DNA from: an uncultured Bdellovibrio sp.
GTDB lineage: Bacteria; Bdellovibrionota; Bdellovibrionia; Bdellovibrionales; Bdellovibrionaceae
Direction: 5' to 3'
Assembly: GCA_963932905.1 (NCBI GenBank)
Contig: CAWVRN010000001.1
Location: forward strand, 480,001-544,000
DNA length: 64,000 nucleotides
Within the stretch, counting starts at the first letter, position 1. Every line of letters begins with the position of its first letter. This document shows, piece by piece, positions 10,576 through 22,677 of the stretch. The position numbers were made by a program, and so were the translations under genes. Under the pieces are notes generated by a model. The model did not search any database. It was not told where the DNA came from and worked only from the letters and a program-made list of their open reading frames with translations.

Positions 10576-12167
10576 ATCCACTAGGCCGCGACCAACGAAA
10601 TCAAAATATTACTCGAATGAATCGCGAAATTTTTGATTTGCTAGTTATCGGTGGCGGTATCACAGGCGCGGGTGTAGCTCGTGATGCCAGTTCCAGAAAT
10701 ATGAAAGTCGCATTGGTTGAAGCCAGTGATTTCGCCTCAGGAACCTCGTCTCGTTCCAGTAAACTGATCCACGGCGGTATTCGCTATTTAGAAAATATGG
10801 AATTCAAATTGGTGTTTGAGGCGCTGTCAGAGCGTAGAACATTATTTGAAATAGCCCCGCATCTGGTTCATCCCATGCGTTTTATGATTCCGCTATTTAA
10901 AGATTCTCGGGTCACCTTTTTTAAAATGGGTCTCGGGATGTGGTTGTACGATATCCTTTCGTTATTCCAAGCTCCCGAAGTTCATAAAAAATTGGCAGCC
11001 AAAGAAACAATTTCGACTCAGTCCGAGCTGAAAGAAACTAATCTTGTCGGATCGTATATTTATTACGATGCTTATATGGATGATGACCGTTTGACGATTG
11101 AAACGATTCGATCCGCATCTAACTTTGGTGCCGCTATAGGGAATTATTTAAAAGTTCTAAGTATAACTAAATCGAAAGATCTTTATTTAGTCGATTTGGT
11201 CGACATGCTTGATCAAACTCAGATCCAAATTAAAACTAAGCAAATCGTTAGCTGTACGGGCCCTTGGACAGATATTTTCGGCAGCCAAATTGAAAAAGGC
11301 TGGAAGAAACGACTGCGCCCAACAAAAGGCATTCACTTAATTTTACATAGAAAAAAACTGCCTCTACATCAAGCCATTGTAATGGGAGCTGAAAAAAGTA
11401 ATCGTATTATTTTTGGTATTCCACGTGGCGATTATATTATTGTGGGAACTACGGACACCGATTTTTCTGCTGATCCTGCAACGGTGAATTCTGATAAGGT
11501 CGATGTGGAATACCTGTTACAGGTTTTAAAATCTTATTTTCCAAATTCAAATGTAACAGTCAGTGATATTTTGTCTTCTTACTCGGGCGTTCGTCCTTTG
11601 GTAAAAGATGATTCGGATACACCAAATACAACCAGCCGTGAACACTTGATCTTTAAAGATCCGATGGGCATCGTTCACGTTACTGGCGGCAAATACACGA
11701 CCTATCGTAAAATGGCACAAGATGCGGTTCAAACTTTGTTAAAAGAGTTACCTTATGAAAAACGAGTGGAGTTTAAACAATCACGCACTCTTGAACCAAT
11801 AAATGATTTAGTTTCAGAAGTAAGTTATCGCGAATTTATTTCGCAAGATAGATCTGGTGAGGAAAAGAAACTGGCAGAACGATATGGTCCGGAAGCTCTT
11901 GTGATTCTTCGTCCTCAAGGAAATTACAGTTTGTTGCAAAGGGAAGTAGTTTTTCACATTGAGAACACAATGTGCCTAAGCATCCCTGATTTCTATATTC
12001 GCCGATCAAATTTATTCTTATACTACCGCGATCACGGCCTAAGTAAATTCGAAGAAATTTCGCAGGTTTTCAAAGATAAACTTGGCTACACCGATAAACA
12101 AATTGGAAATGATCTTGATTCTCTGCACGCTACCATCAAAAAAGAAATGGGCTGGAAAAATACCTGA
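10572..12167 (+). CDS. glpD: FAD-dependent glycerol-3-phosphate dehydrogenase/oxidase
   Basis: IGGGITGAG, GTSSRSSKLIHGGIRYLE, GVRPL, GGKYTTYR. Confidence 0.95.
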   Translation: MNPLGRDQRNQNITRMNREIFDLLVIGGGITGAGVARDASSRNMKVALVEASDFASGTSSRSSKLIHGGIRYLENMEFKLVFEALSERRTLFEIAPHLVHPMRFMIPLFKDSRVTFFKMGLGMWLYDILSLFQAPEVHKKLAAKETISTQSELKETNLVGSYIYYDAYMDDDRLTIETIRSASNFGAAIGNYLKVLSITKSKDLYLVDLVDMLDQTQIQIKTKQIVSCTGPWTDIFGSQIEKGWKKRLRPTKGIHLILHRKKLPLHQAIVMGAEKSNRIIFGIPRGDYIIVGTTDTDFSADPATVNSDKVDVEYLLQVLKSYFPNSNVTVSDILSSYSGVRPLVKDDSDTPNTTSREHLIFKDPMGIVHVTGGKYTTYRKMAQDAVQTLLKELPYEKRVEFKQSRTLEPINDLVSEVSYREFISQDRSGEEKKLAERYGPEALVILRPQGNYSLLQREVVFHIENTMCLSIPDFYIRRSNLFLYYRDHGLSKFEEISQVFKDKLGYTDKQIGNDLDSLHATIKKEMGWKNT

Positions 12168-12186
12168 TCATCTTCGACGATAGTGT

Positions 12187-13542
12187 CTAAGCTATAAATG
12201 CTTTATGCAAACGCTTCAAAGCATCTTCAGCTGCAGAATCTTTCACTAAGAAACAGAAATTGTGTTTGCTGGCTCCAAGACAAATCATTCGTACGTTGAT
12301 GTCAGGAATGGATTCGAAAATCTTTTTCGCTAAACCCGAAGTGTGAATGATATTGTTACCGATTAAGGACACCAAAGATAAATTATCTTCAATGTGAACT
12401 TCAGCAATGGCTTCTAGCTTTTTGAAAAGCTCCTTGTTCTGTAACGTAACCTCATCAAGAGTCATCGAAACCGAAATTTCAGATGTAGTAATGGCATCAA
12501 CAGAAACTTTATGTTCATTGAAAATAGTAAATACTTGAAACAAGAAACCATGGGCCTGCAACATTTCTGGAGTTGAAAGTGTCACTAGTACTTGCTTGCG
12601 ACGTAGAGCCATCGCGCGAATCAGAGGCTGATTTTCAACTTCTTTGCGTACCCAAGTGCCCCCTTTGTTTGCGTCAAAACTTGAACCCACGAAAACCGGG
12701 ATATTCTTGCGTATCGCTGGAAGAAGGGTTGCTGGGTGCAGAACTTTAGCACCGAAGGTAGCTAGCTCGGACGCTTCTTTGAATGAAATTTCATCAATGA
12801 CTTTGGCTTCTTTAACAAGGCGGGGATCTGTCGTTAGAATTCCTGTCACGTCCGTCCAAATTTCACAGGTAGTGGCGTTGATACCTTCGGCCAATATGGC
12901 AGCTGAAAAATCACTGCCGCCGCGACCTAATGTCGTGGTGTGGCCTTCCATTGTCGATCCGATAAAGCCTTGAGTCACACCGACATCATTACCTTTAACT
13001 ACGGCTGAGAAAAATTCAGGACCGTGCTTGTTGATGTAGTCTTGATTCGGTTTTGCTTTCCCAAACATATCATCTGTCTTTAAAATTTCGCGGGCATCAT
13101 ACAAAATGGCCTTGCGGTTTTGGCCGGCCAGTTCATTAGTCATAGCCTGAGTGAATAGGACCGAAGACATACGCTCCCCTAGACTTTGCAACGCATCTAA
13201 TGCTTTAAGGGATAAATCTTTTAAGTAGAATACGCCCTTGATAATTGACTCTAGTTCCTGAAATAAATTGGTCAGTTTCGCATGTCCCGCGGAATCCAGT
13301 TTTAGATCCTGAGCAATCACCAAATGGCGTTTGCGGATGTCTTCAATCAAAGTCTCTAATTGTGGCCATTCATGATTTAAAGCCTTATTTCCCAAGGCAA
13401 TCAGGAGGTTCGTCGTGCCTGAAGTCGCTGAAACTACGACCAGATTGGCATTTTGGCTCAAGCTCACCTGAGCACTTCGCTTCATGCATTGGGCATCGCC
13501 CATTGAGGTTCCACCAAATTTAGATACTACGATAGTTTTCAT
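12187..13542 (-). CDS. lysC: Aspartokinase (lysine-sensitive AK-III-like)
   Basis: KFGGTSM, TLGRGGSDFSA, WTDVTG, FGAKVLHP, two ACT domains. Confidence 0.95.
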   Translation of the reverse strand: MKTIVVSKFGGTSMGDAQCMKRSAQVSLSQNANLVVVSATSGTTNLLIALGNKALNHEWPQLETLIEDIRKRHLVIAQDLKLDSAGHAKLTNLFQELESIIKGVFYLKDLSLKALDALQSLGERMSSVLFTQAMTNELAGQNRKAILYDAREILKTDDMFGKAKPNQDYINKHGPEFFSAVVKGNDVGVTQGFIGSTMEGHTTTLGRGGSDFSAAILAEGINATTCEIWTDVTGILTTDPRLVKEAKVIDEISFKEASELATFGAKVLHPATLLPAIRKNIPVFVGSSFDANKGGTWVRKEVENQPLIRAMALRRKQVLVTLSTPEMLQAHGFLFQVFTIFNEHKVSVDAITTSEISVSMTLDEVTLQNKELFKKLEAIAEVHIEDNLSLVSLIGNNIIHTSGLAKKIFESIPDINVRMICLGASKHNFCFLVKDSAAEDALKRLHKAFIA

Positions 13543-13757
13543 GAATTCTCCGCGTGAACGTTCTCGAAGAGACGCTTATAACGGAATTTTTTTAAGTCGT
13601 GTATTTCCGAGTCTAATGATGCTAAGCGTTTTTTTGGTCGAGTTGGGCTGATCAAATTGCATAAATATCTGCATTGACTCTTATTTTATCGAAACCTACA
13701 CTCTTTATATTACGTCAAAATATCGGTTTATTTCACCTTTTTGACTCTAACTTATAA

Positions 13758-14825
<1,068 letters not shown>

Positions 14826-14827
14826 TA

Positions 14828-15295
14828 ATGGAGAAGGTGGATCTTAAATTAAAAAACGATCCCTTTGACGTTAAATCGTTGGTCCGCCCTCTATCTTTGT
14901 TCTTTTTTTTTTCGTTGATGAACGAAACTAAATCGATTCATTACACGATCAAAACCATCGAAAAGTTGAAAAAATTAAAGCCTGGAACTGACATCGGTAA
15001 AATGATGATCAAAATTGCGTCCGATCTTTTAACTAAAAGTAACAACACTGAAGTGTACATTACAAAAAATGTGGGCGAGTTTTGGATTCTTCCAATGGAT
15101 TTAGAATTAGGTCCTTGGAAAGAATTCCATAAAAAAATTTCTAAGAAAGAATTGGTGTCATTGTTGTGGGGGCTTGTAATCAAAGTTCCCGAAGACGATA
15201 TCACAGACGCTTTAGGTATCAGTCAAGGAACTCATAGATATAGGATTTCAAGCGCACTGAAACAGTTAGGTTCGAACACATTTTTATTAAAATAG
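14828..15295 (+). CDS. Degenerate ECF-sigma-like protein (region-4 HTH)
   Basis: C-terminal EDDITDALGISQGTHRYRISSALKQL resembles sigma region 4.2. Confidence 0.45.
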   Translation: MEKVDLKLKNDPFDVKSLVRPLSLFFFFSLMNETKSIHYTIKTIEKLKKLKPGTDIGKMMIKIASDLLTKSNNTEVYITKNVGEFWILPMDLELGPWKEFHKKISKKELVSLLWGLVIKVPEDDITDALGISQGTHRYRISSALKQLGSNTFLLK

Positions 15296-15311
15296 TAAAC
15301 AGGGGCCGTAA

Positions 15312-16343
15312 GTGGAGTTTATAAAACTTAAAAAGAATAAAAGCCGAGAGATGAGTGACTTTGTCGCGAATCATCTTCTTTTTGAGTACGCCCGCAATAC
15401 ATTGGATTCGGAGAGAAAAAAATCGGTTGAGAAGGCGTTAGAATCGGCACCGGAATTACAAAATGAATTTATTAAATTAATTAATGGTATTCAGTATTGT
15501 GAAAAATTAAGTGAAACATTAATAAACGATGCCGCTGTTAAACAGATTGAACTTCAGTCGTCGCAAGTGAACTTTATTGTCAATCGTTTGCGTTGGCATC
15601 AATGGCCGCTGGGATTTAGATGGTTGGTTGAAGCTGGTGTCGTAGCCTTGCTTTTAGTGATTGTCCTGAATGTGCTTCCACTAAACAGACTTATTCATTT
15701 AAACGACGGTTCTGACAGTCAAACGATCGTGGCTGAAGTAAACCGTAAAAAGAAACCGGATTTAGGCGAAACTCCAGAAGCCAATGTTGAGAAACCGGAT
15801 TTCACGGATGAAGAAGTTAAGCAGCCAACGACAGTAGCCGCAAAAGATAAAACTCAGTCAGTCAAAACTAACGACCCTAAATTGGTAACACCATCGGTGG
15901 AAACGAAACCGGTCGCAGTCAAGCAACCAGAGCCACCGCCTGTTGCTATTCCAAAACCGATGACCCAACCAGTGGCCGCAGTGAGCTCTCCAGAGACAGA
16001 AAAACCGGCAAAATCTACGGGCTGGATTTATCGTGGACAGTTCCTAGTAACAAATGCTGAGGCCGTTTCGCCAAAAATTAAAGACAAAATTAAAGAACTC
16101 GGTGGACAAAAAGCCGGGGAAGTTGAAATTGGTTGGTTGAAAACGCCGAATGTATATTATTTCCATTTTACCGTTCCCGAGGCTAAGTTGGGCGAACTGG
16201 AAGCACTACTTAAAGATTACTCGACAGGAAAGATCGTAAAAGAAGCGCATCCCAGGGTAATGCCAGATGGAATTATTCGTATGCTTTTCACGGTTGAAGA
16301 GAAAGCGGCTGACGCCAAGGCTGCGGCCCCTGAAGACAAGTAA
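15312..16343 (+). CDS. Single-pass membrane protein, anti-sigma-like architecture
   Basis: N-terminal LLFEYARNTLDSERKKSVEKAL (ASD-like, no zinc ligands), one TM helix, Pro/Lys-rich linker, C-terminal domain. Confidence 0.5.
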   Translation: MEFIKLKKNKSREMSDFVANHLLFEYARNTLDSERKKSVEKALESAPELQNEFIKLINGIQYCEKLSETLINDAAVKQIELQSSQVNFIVNRLRWHQWPLGFRWLVEAGVVALLLVIVLNVLPLNRLIHLNDGSDSQTIVAEVNRKKKPDLGETPEANVEKPDFTDEEVKQPTTVAAKDKTQSVKTNDPKLVTPSVETKPVAVKQPEPPPVAIPKPMTQPVAAVSSPETEKPAKSTGWIYRGQFLVTNAEAVSPKIKDKIKELGGQKAGEVEIGWLKTPNVYYFHFTVPEAKLGELEALLKDYSTGKIVKEAHPRVMPDGIIRMLFTVEEKAADAKAAAPEDK

Positions 16344-16379
16344 CTAGAAAACAAATAACTATTTAAGGTTTTTCATCGG

Positions 16380-18320
16380 ATGAGAAAAATAGTTTTAAAG
16401 CGTAAAAAATCGAAACGCTCGATCAGAACCATTATTATTTCATGGTTTTTGTTGCTTTCATTATTACCTTTAATTTTCGTGGCTTATTATTCAACCGTAA
16501 AATACGAACAAGCGATCGATAAAGAATTATTACAACGACTTTCTGTCAATTCACGCGAAATCGAAGTTATCCTAGCTGACTTTAAGTCGGGTCTACAAGT
16601 TCGTCGTGATCGTTATCTAAAAGATCCTTATTTGATTTACAACCTTTCTATAAGCGATCGTCAAACTCTGAACCAGCTTGGCTCTGAATATATTATGCAG
16701 GAGTTTTCTTCAGAACTTATTTTTTTCAATCGCGAAGCTCGACAGGTAGCGAAAGTGATTAAAAACGACAAGAATGAAGTTATCTCGGTTTCTAGCCGCG
16801 ACGAAGCCACGTTCTTGTCGGACAAATATATTTCTGTTTTAAAAACTAGCAAAGATATACCAATCCTTGAATATGATAGGGATCGAATTTTACTGACGCT
16901 GTTGTCGCGTGTAAATAATCAAAGTAAAAAAACAATCGGATATATTCAGCAAAAAATTTATCTAGATAGTGCATTCATTTCACGTCTAAAAAATAGATTG
17001 AAATTGGAATTTGTTCTAGGCAAAGAAGACAGCACAATCATTTTGGCCAGTTTCAAAGCCGCTCAAGCATCGAACATTTTTAGCCGTATTCAATCGGTTG
17101 CTTATTCTAAAGATCCCATTGTTGAAGTTCCCATTAAAAATACTCCCTATGGTTTCTACGTTTCGTTTATGGAATGGGGACATTCACGATTTCTATTGTC
17201 ATTAGGGGTTTCAAAATCAGATTCGCGTGAGGTTCTAAAAAATATCAATTTGGCTTATTTCAGCGTCGTTGGTGTCGTTATCATATTTCTAATTATTACC
17301 GTTATTATTACTAGTAAATGGATTTTGGCGCCGTTAAATAACCTGGTGGATGCACTTCATTCATTTGAAACTCAGGAACAAGCTGTCACCATTCCCGTAA
17401 AAAATGATACAGAAATTGGTTTGCTGACCGAAAGTTTCAATCAGATGAGTATCAACATCTCGCAAGCTAGGAATGATCTAAAGAAAAAGGTGCAGGAATT
17501 AGAAGCCGCCAATCGTGAGCTGAAGGAAACTCAAAAAAAGCTTGTTCATTCAGCCAAGATGATTTCCCTCGGCGAGCTTGTGGCGGGTGTAGCCCATGAA
17601 TTGAATAATCCCATCAGTTTCATTTACAGTAATATGAGTTATTTGCGCGACTATTCATCAAAATTAATTGACCTGGTTCGCTTGGCCAGCGCGGAACCGG
17701 CCGCTTTGGAAAAGAAAAAATCCGAAGTCGAATTTGACTATATTGTGAAAGATTTACCGAAGTTAATTTCGTCTTGTGAAGAAGGTGCTCGACGGACTCG
17801 TGATATCGTTCTTGGCCTAAGAAATTTTTCTCGGATTGACGAATCTCAAATTAAGGAAGTGGATATCCGCGAAACAATCGACACTACATTAAATTTACTT
17901 CAGGGCGAGATAAAAAATCGTATTGAAATTAAAAAAGACTATGAGCCGATTCCGATGATTAAATGTTTTGCGAGTCAGTTAAGCCAAGTTTTTGTAAATT
18001 TGCTTTCGAATGCTATTCAAGCCATTTCCGGAAATGGTACCATTTGGATTCACGTCAATTTAATAAAAGGTAAAGAAAATTGGGTACAGATATCGATCCA
18101 AGATAGTGGTAGCGGTATTTCATCAGAGAACTTAGATAAGATTTTTGATCCTTTCTTCACGACTAAAGGTGTGGGGCAAGGTACTGGTTTGGGCTTAAGT
18201 ATTACTTATGGAATTATTCAAAAGCACGGTGGTGATATTCAAGTTAAATCACAGCTAGATGTCGGTACAGAGTTTATTATACAGCTTCCGATAGAGCCTA
18301 AACTCAGTAAACAGTCCTAA
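16380..18320 (+). CDS. HAMP-domain sensor histidine kinase (NtrB-like)
   Basis: Two TM helices, [15 protein letters not shown]-box, [25 protein letters not shown]. Confidence 0.95.
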   Translation: MRKIVLKRKKSKRSIRTIIISWFLLLSLLPLIFVAYYSTVKYEQAIDKELLQRLSVNSREIEVILADFKSGLQVRRDRYLKDPYLIYNLSISDRQTLNQLGSEYIMQEFSSELIFFNREARQVAKVIKNDKNEVISVSSRDEATFLSDKYISVLKTSKDIPILEYDRDRILLTLLSRVNNQSKKTIGYIQQKIYLDSAFISRLKNRLKLEFVLGKEDSTIILASFKAAQASNIFSRIQSVAYSKDPIVEVPIKNTPYGFYVSFMEWGHSRFLLSLGVSKSDSREVLKNINLAYFSVVGVVIIFLIITVIITSKWILAPLNNLVDALHSFETQEQAVTIPVKNDTEIGLLTESFNQMSINISQARNDLKKKVQELEAANRELKETQKKLVHSAKMISLGELVAGVAHELNNPISFIYSNMSYLRDYSSKLIDLVRLASAEPAALEKKKSEVEFDYIVKDLPKLISSCEEGARRTRDIVLGLRNFSRIDESQIKEVDIRETIDTTLNLLQGEIKNRIEIKKDYEPIPMIKCFASQLSQVFVNLLSNAIQAISGNGTIWIHVNLIKGKENWVQISIQDSGSGISSENLDKIFDPFFTTKGVGQGTGLGLSITYGIIQKHGGDIQVKSQLDVGTEFIIQLPIEPKLSKQS

Positions 18321-18341
18321 GTCCTAAATTTATATATGTAC

Positions 18342-18368
18342 TTAATTTTTCAATAGGGTAACCGATCT
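18342..18368 (+). promoter_or_regulatory. Possible sigma28-type promoter upstream of motA-like gene
   Basis: TTAA-N15-ACCGATCT. Confidence 0.4.
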
Positions 18369-18375
18369 TCTATGT

Positions 18376-19332
18376 ATGAATTTATCGTCGCTACTTGGCA
18401 CGGCCATCATTAGTTTCGTTTTGTTTTTCGGCGTCCTAAAAGGGTCGAAGAATCCTGAAATATTTTTGAATGCCCACGCGTTAATGTTGGTGCTGGGTGG
18501 TACACTGGGCGTAACACTGCTTGCATTTCCCTTTAGAAAATTGAAAGAGATGCTAGATTTCCTGATCTACGGCCTATTCTTCAAAAAGAAAACTGAAGAT
18601 TTATTTGTTGTGGCTGACTTAATTCGGATTGCCGAAGAATACCGAAAGGACCCACATGGATTTATCAATAACTATTCTGTGGCGAATCCGTTTCTAAAGG
18701 AAGCTCTTAAGTTATTATCTAAAAATGCACTTTCTTATGAAGATTTACTATTGATCGTTAAAAACCGTCGTGATTCGTTCAAAAAACGCTACCAAGAAGA
18801 TCATAAAATGTTGCTGTCTATTTCCAAATTCCCGCCGGGATTGGGACTACTTGGTGCTTCGTCCGGTATGATCGAGATGATGATTGGTCTAAATTCCTCA
18901 GGTATGGATGGTATCGGTAATGCTATGGCCGTCGCGCTCGTTGCTACGTTCTGGGGTATCGCGATTGCGAACTTTGTATTTTTGCCACTTGCCGACTATG
19001 CCGCTCGAGTTGCGTCGGAAGATTTTTTCACTCGTAGCTTAGTTGTTCATGGTATTTCACTTATCAAGCAGGGGATGGCTCCGAAAATTATTGCAGAAAC
19101 GCTGATCAGTCAGTTACCTATCAGAGATCAAGTATATTTAAGAAATATTTTCTTTAAATCGGCGGTGGTTGGATCAGGTTTGGCAAGCTATACGGCTCCG
19201 CCAAGTTCAGGTACTGGTGCTAAATCAGAAATTTCTGTAATCACACCGATGGCGCCGACTATTGGTGGCAAAAAAACAGATCAGGACAAAACAAACGTAT
19301 TAGAGTTTCCAAAAACTGGCTCCGAGGAATAG
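18376..19332 (+). CDS. motA: MotA/PomA-family ion-channel subunit
   Basis: ALMLVLGGT, FPPGLGLLGA, MAVALVATFWGI, NFVFLPLA. Confidence 0.85.
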   Translation: MNLSSLLGTAIISFVLFFGVLKGSKNPEIFLNAHALMLVLGGTLGVTLLAFPFRKLKEMLDFLIYGLFFKKKTEDLFVVADLIRIAEEYRKDPHGFINNYSVANPFLKEALKLLSKNALSYEDLLLIVKNRRDSFKKRYQEDHKMLLSISKFPPGLGLLGASSGMIEMMIGLNSSGMDGIGNAMAVALVATFWGIAIANFVFLPLADYAARVASEDFFTRSLVVHGISLIKQGMAPKIIAETLISQLPIRDQVYLRNIFFKSAVVGSGLASYTAPPSSGTGAKSEISVITPMAPTIGGKKTDQDKTNVLEFPKTGSEE

Positions 19333-19335
19333 TTT

Positions 19336-20484
19336 ATGTCGGAACCGCGTAAGGACGAAGATTTTTACTCAGACAACGAACATGAGGAAAATCATATCGA
19401 TGAAAAATGGCTAATTAGTTATTCCGATATGATGACGCTGCTGTTTGGTTTCTTCGTTATGATGTACGTACTTTCTACGTCCAACAAAGCAAAAATGGAA
19501 GAAGCTCTTCAGCAAATTTCCAAAGAAGGTTTTAATACCGAAAAAGTAGTACAAAAAGCAGATGATCCTAAGCCTGTAACTACCAATATGGAAAAAACGG
19601 CTCCAGCGGCCGATGACATTCTTATTGAACTTAAGAAAAAAGAAGAAAAAAAGAAAAAGGAAATGGAAGACAGCCTGATTCAAGCCAAGGCAGAAGTTGC
19701 GAAAAACGAAGAAGAACTAAAGCAAGCATTAGAAAAAATCAAAAAATTAGAAGAAAGCCAAGCGACTGTTTCAATCGATAAAACAGATCAAGAAAAGAAA
19801 TTAAAAGAATACGAAGAAAAAATGAAGTTGCTAGAGAAAGCGGCTTTAGAAAAAGACGAAGAGTTGAAAAAAATTGCAATTGAGAAAGACGAAGAAATCA
19901 AACGACTTTCAGCGGCAAGCAGTGCCCAACAAAAGGATGCTAGTAAAGCCAAAGATGATGCTGACTTGTTAAAAAAATTGAAAAAGAACCTGATCGAATT
20001 AGAGAGTAATTTAAAATTAGCTGATGTGAAATCAAAAGAGTTGGCTAAAGAAAACGCAATGCTTAAGCAAAAAATTGATGATACGCCAAAAATTAAGGAC
20101 GATGATCATTTTATGATGGTTTTCGTTCGCTGGGAAACAGAGAAGCATGATATCGATATGATTATCGAGGATCCCAAGGGTAACATATTTAACTATAAAA
20201 AAAGAACCTTAGCAAACGTGCCAGGCGAGTTTGTCGTTGATAGTACACAAGGTCCAGGAGTTGAATCTTGGGTAACAAATAAAACTATCGAAGGCACATA
20301 CAAAGTTACGTTTAAATTCTATAACCAGTACGGTAATAAAAAAGATGCTGTAATTAAACCTTCAATTTTTAACAATTTAAAGGTAGAAAAATTACCAGAT
20401 ATAACGCTTAATTTTTCACAGAAGAAAGAAAAAACAGTACTGATTAAAGTTGCGAAAGATGGCCAGTTTACGGTAGTTCAATGA
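19336..20484 (+). CDS. MotB-like protein: MotB TM/plug, long coiled coil, YfaP/DUF2135-like C-terminal domain instead of OmpA
   Basis: WLISYSDMMTLLFGFFVMMY with the conserved Asp; K/E-rich coiled coil; VRWETEKHDIDMIIEDPKG...DSTQGPGVE...GTYKV. Confidence 0.75.
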   Translation: MSEPRKDEDFYSDNEHEENHIDEKWLISYSDMMTLLFGFFVMMYVLSTSNKAKMEEALQQISKEGFNTEKVVQKADDPKPVTTNMEKTAPAADDILIELKKKEEKKKKEMEDSLIQAKAEVAKNEEELKQALEKIKKLEESQATVSIDKTDQEKKLKEYEEKMKLLEKAALEKDEELKKIAIEKDEEIKRLSAASSAQQKDASKAKDDADLLKKLKKNLIELESNLKLADVKSKELAKENAMLKQKIDDTPKIKDDDHFMMVFVRWETEKHDIDMIIEDPKGNIFNYKKRTLANVPGEFVVDSTQGPGVESWVTNKTIEGTYKVTFKFYNQYGNKKDAVIKPSIFNNLKVEKLPDITLNFSQKKEKTVLIKVAKDGQFTVVQ

Positions 20485-21788
20485 TTTCTAAAATCCACCA
20501 CATCTTCCTGATTCTATTTCTACTTCCAGCATTTTGTTATGCGGGCGTTGAAGTGTTTGAAAAAAAAGGAACTGGTGATGACTGGGTCAAATCCACATTT
20601 CCAAATAAAATATCGTTGACGTTTATGCCAATCGCTTCAAAACCGGGACGACGATTAACTTATAAAGGGACTATTACTTTTCCTAAAGATTTGGCTTCGG
20701 CTGAACAAGGCAGTGAAACTACGTCGGTTACCGTTGAAAGAAATGTACTTTATGTTCAGGTTTTATCTTTCGAAGAAAGAATCAAAATTAAATATGCTGA
20801 CAAATCAGAAACAGAAATTAAATTGGTTACGACCGAACCTCGGTTTCGATTATATAGCGAAAAATGTAAAGAATTGCTGATCAATGTTCGCGTTGCACCT
20901 GTTGTGAAAACCGCAGTTATTCCACCATTTGCAATGGGCATCAGCTGCGACAAATATGAAGATAAACTCATCATGGTAGTGTCCATACCCGCGGACATCG
21001 AACCCGGTGAAGGTTCACTGGTCGAGGGTGGCGGCAAAGGTGAATCGTGGAAGTTTTATGAATTGCCTTCGACAGCACGTGATGATGGTGTCATCGGCGG
21101 GATTAAGTACAGGGTTAAGAACGTTGACGTGGCACTGTCGCTGCAAAATTTTCGACTAAAGAAAAAAGAAGAAGAGACAAAAAAAGAATTGGTCAGCAAA
21201 GATCCAAGTTATTTTCAAGATATGCATTTTGGAATCGGAACTAAGAGCTTGGCGTTCACAGCGGGTGAAATTAGTTCATCGACAAGTGGAATTTCGCTGG
21301 AAGCTGGAATTTTATCAAAGCCAATTTGGAAACAGTTTCAACTCGGTGTCTCTTATACAACCGCTTTAGTTTCCAATGACGAAAATAGTATTTCGTTCTC
21401 TGATTTTTCTGGAATCTTAGGCTATTCAATTCCATTTAAAAAATCTAAACTCATGCCATTTGGTTTTGCGAAGCTTGTTGATTTCTTACATAAATCTACG
21501 CAAACGCGATTGCAAGCGACTTTGGCCGGTGTTGGAGTTGATTATAGGTATGAACTTGCACGTGGTCAGATTTCACTCAATTTAGAGATGGGCATTTTTG
21601 CTGCTAAAGGAATATCATCACAGATGCGCTACGAGCTAGGCTACCAGTACTATATAAAAGAAAAATCGAAATTGGGTTTAGGTATTTATTACGATAATCA
21701 AGATTTCAAAGCCGTCAACACAGCAGGTGAAGGGCGTACTTTTAAAGAGGGAAATATCTTGTTGAAAGTCGTTCTGAACAGCCTCTAG
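20481..21788 (+). CDS. Secreted protein with probable C-terminal outer-membrane beta-barrel
   Basis: Signal peptide; alternating amphipathic strands (GVGVDYRY, YELGYQYY, LGIYYD); ATGA-coupled to motB-like gene. Confidence 0.6.
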   Translation: MISKIHHIFLILFLLPAFCYAGVEVFEKKGTGDDWVKSTFPNKISLTFMPIASKPGRRLTYKGTITFPKDLASAEQGSETTSVTVERNVLYVQVLSFEERIKIKYADKSETEIKLVTTEPRFRLYSEKCKELLINVRVAPVVKTAVIPPFAMGISCDKYEDKLIMVVSIPADIEPGEGSLVEGGGKGESWKFYELPSTARDDGVIGGIKYRVKNVDVALSLQNFRLKKKEEETKKELVSKDPSYFQDMHFGIGTKSLAFTAGEISSSTSGISLEAGILSKPIWKQFQLGVSYTTALVSNDENSISFSDFSGILGYSIPFKKSKLMPFGFAKLVDFLHKSTQTRLQATLAGVGVDYRYELARGQISLNLEMGIFAAKGISSQMRYELGYQYYIKEKSKLGLGIYYDNQDFKAVNTAGEGRTFKEGNILLKVVLNSL

Positions 21789-21886
21789 CTTTATATTTGC
21801 AACTACAAGTCTCAAATTGAGAATGCCTTATTGCATTTAAGAAAATTTTAAAGTCGTCGAAAAGTTTATGGTAGACTAGAGGTGAG

Positions 21887-22516
21887 ATGAAGACTCAAAA
21901 GCCGAAGAAAAACGACAATTTTGCTGCCTACTTACTAGGTTTGTTTTTCCTAGCTTCGTCGGCGTTGTTCGGCGTATTTGTAATTTCTGACGACCATGGT
22001 ACTGTCGCAGGACAAACAGAAGGCCAGAGTGATTTTTCGTCGACTCGCAATATCACTGAACTTGATAAGGTAAATGATCATCTGAAGAGTGTTGCTGATA
22101 AAATGGAATATGAACGTTTGAAAACATTGGTTGCTAATTTGAAGGCTAGTCGCGATACGGGACCGTCGACTCCCATTGTTCAGAACAACGATGATCAGCC
22201 CATTGTTGAATTAGAGAATGATTTACGTGAAAAGCAAATGGCTCAACAATTAGGTCGAACGAATGAAATAAAACGCCCCGCCACTGATCCGCGATCATTG
22301 GTGTACAATTCGGTAATTGAAGATCGTCAGTTGGCTAAAGCCAAAGAGGAAGAACGTATACGCCAAGCTAAGGAATTCGTGGCAAAAGCCCGTAAAGAAG
22401 GTTGGATAGTTAATTTAGATTCAGACTTTAAAATCAAATCTTATCGTCACGTAGATGATATGCCGGACCAGAATCCTGAAAAGGATTATCGTGGTTTCCC
22501 GGTCGTTCCCAAGTAA
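21887..22516 (+). CDS. Membrane-anchored hypothetical protein
   Basis: N-terminal TM helix, helical remainder, GAGG RBS. Confidence 0.7.
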   Translation: MKTQKPKKNDNFAAYLLGLFFLASSALFGVFVISDDHGTVAGQTEGQSDFSSTRNITELDKVNDHLKSVADKMEYERLKTLVANLKASRDTGPSTPIVQNNDDQPIVELENDLREKQMAQQLGRTNEIKRPATDPRSLVYNSVIEDRQLAKAKEEERIRQAKEFVAKARKEGWIVNLDSDFKIKSYRHVDDMPDQNPEKDYRGFPVVPK

Positions 22517-22677
22517 TCCAAGACTTAAATCTGACGTTTTGAAACACTTAATTTTGATTTAAATCAAATGTTGCTTATTTGCACCTATTCTTGCCGTTTT
22601 TCTTAGTCGTTGAGTCATCCAGCCCCAGTTGTCTTCATAAAATAAAAAGCATAGAATTTCGTACATAGGAGCAAAAT

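Noticed and set aside
18376..20484. Zorya ZorAB defence system
   Set aside because: MotA lacks the long ZorA tail, MotB lacks the OmpA domain, and no ZorC/D/E genes are adjacent
21809..21823. GTCTCA-N3-TGAGAA palindrome as a recurring operator
   Set aside because: Only one good copy; other GTCT(C/A)A half-sites in intergenic regions are too degenerate to support without a statistical scan
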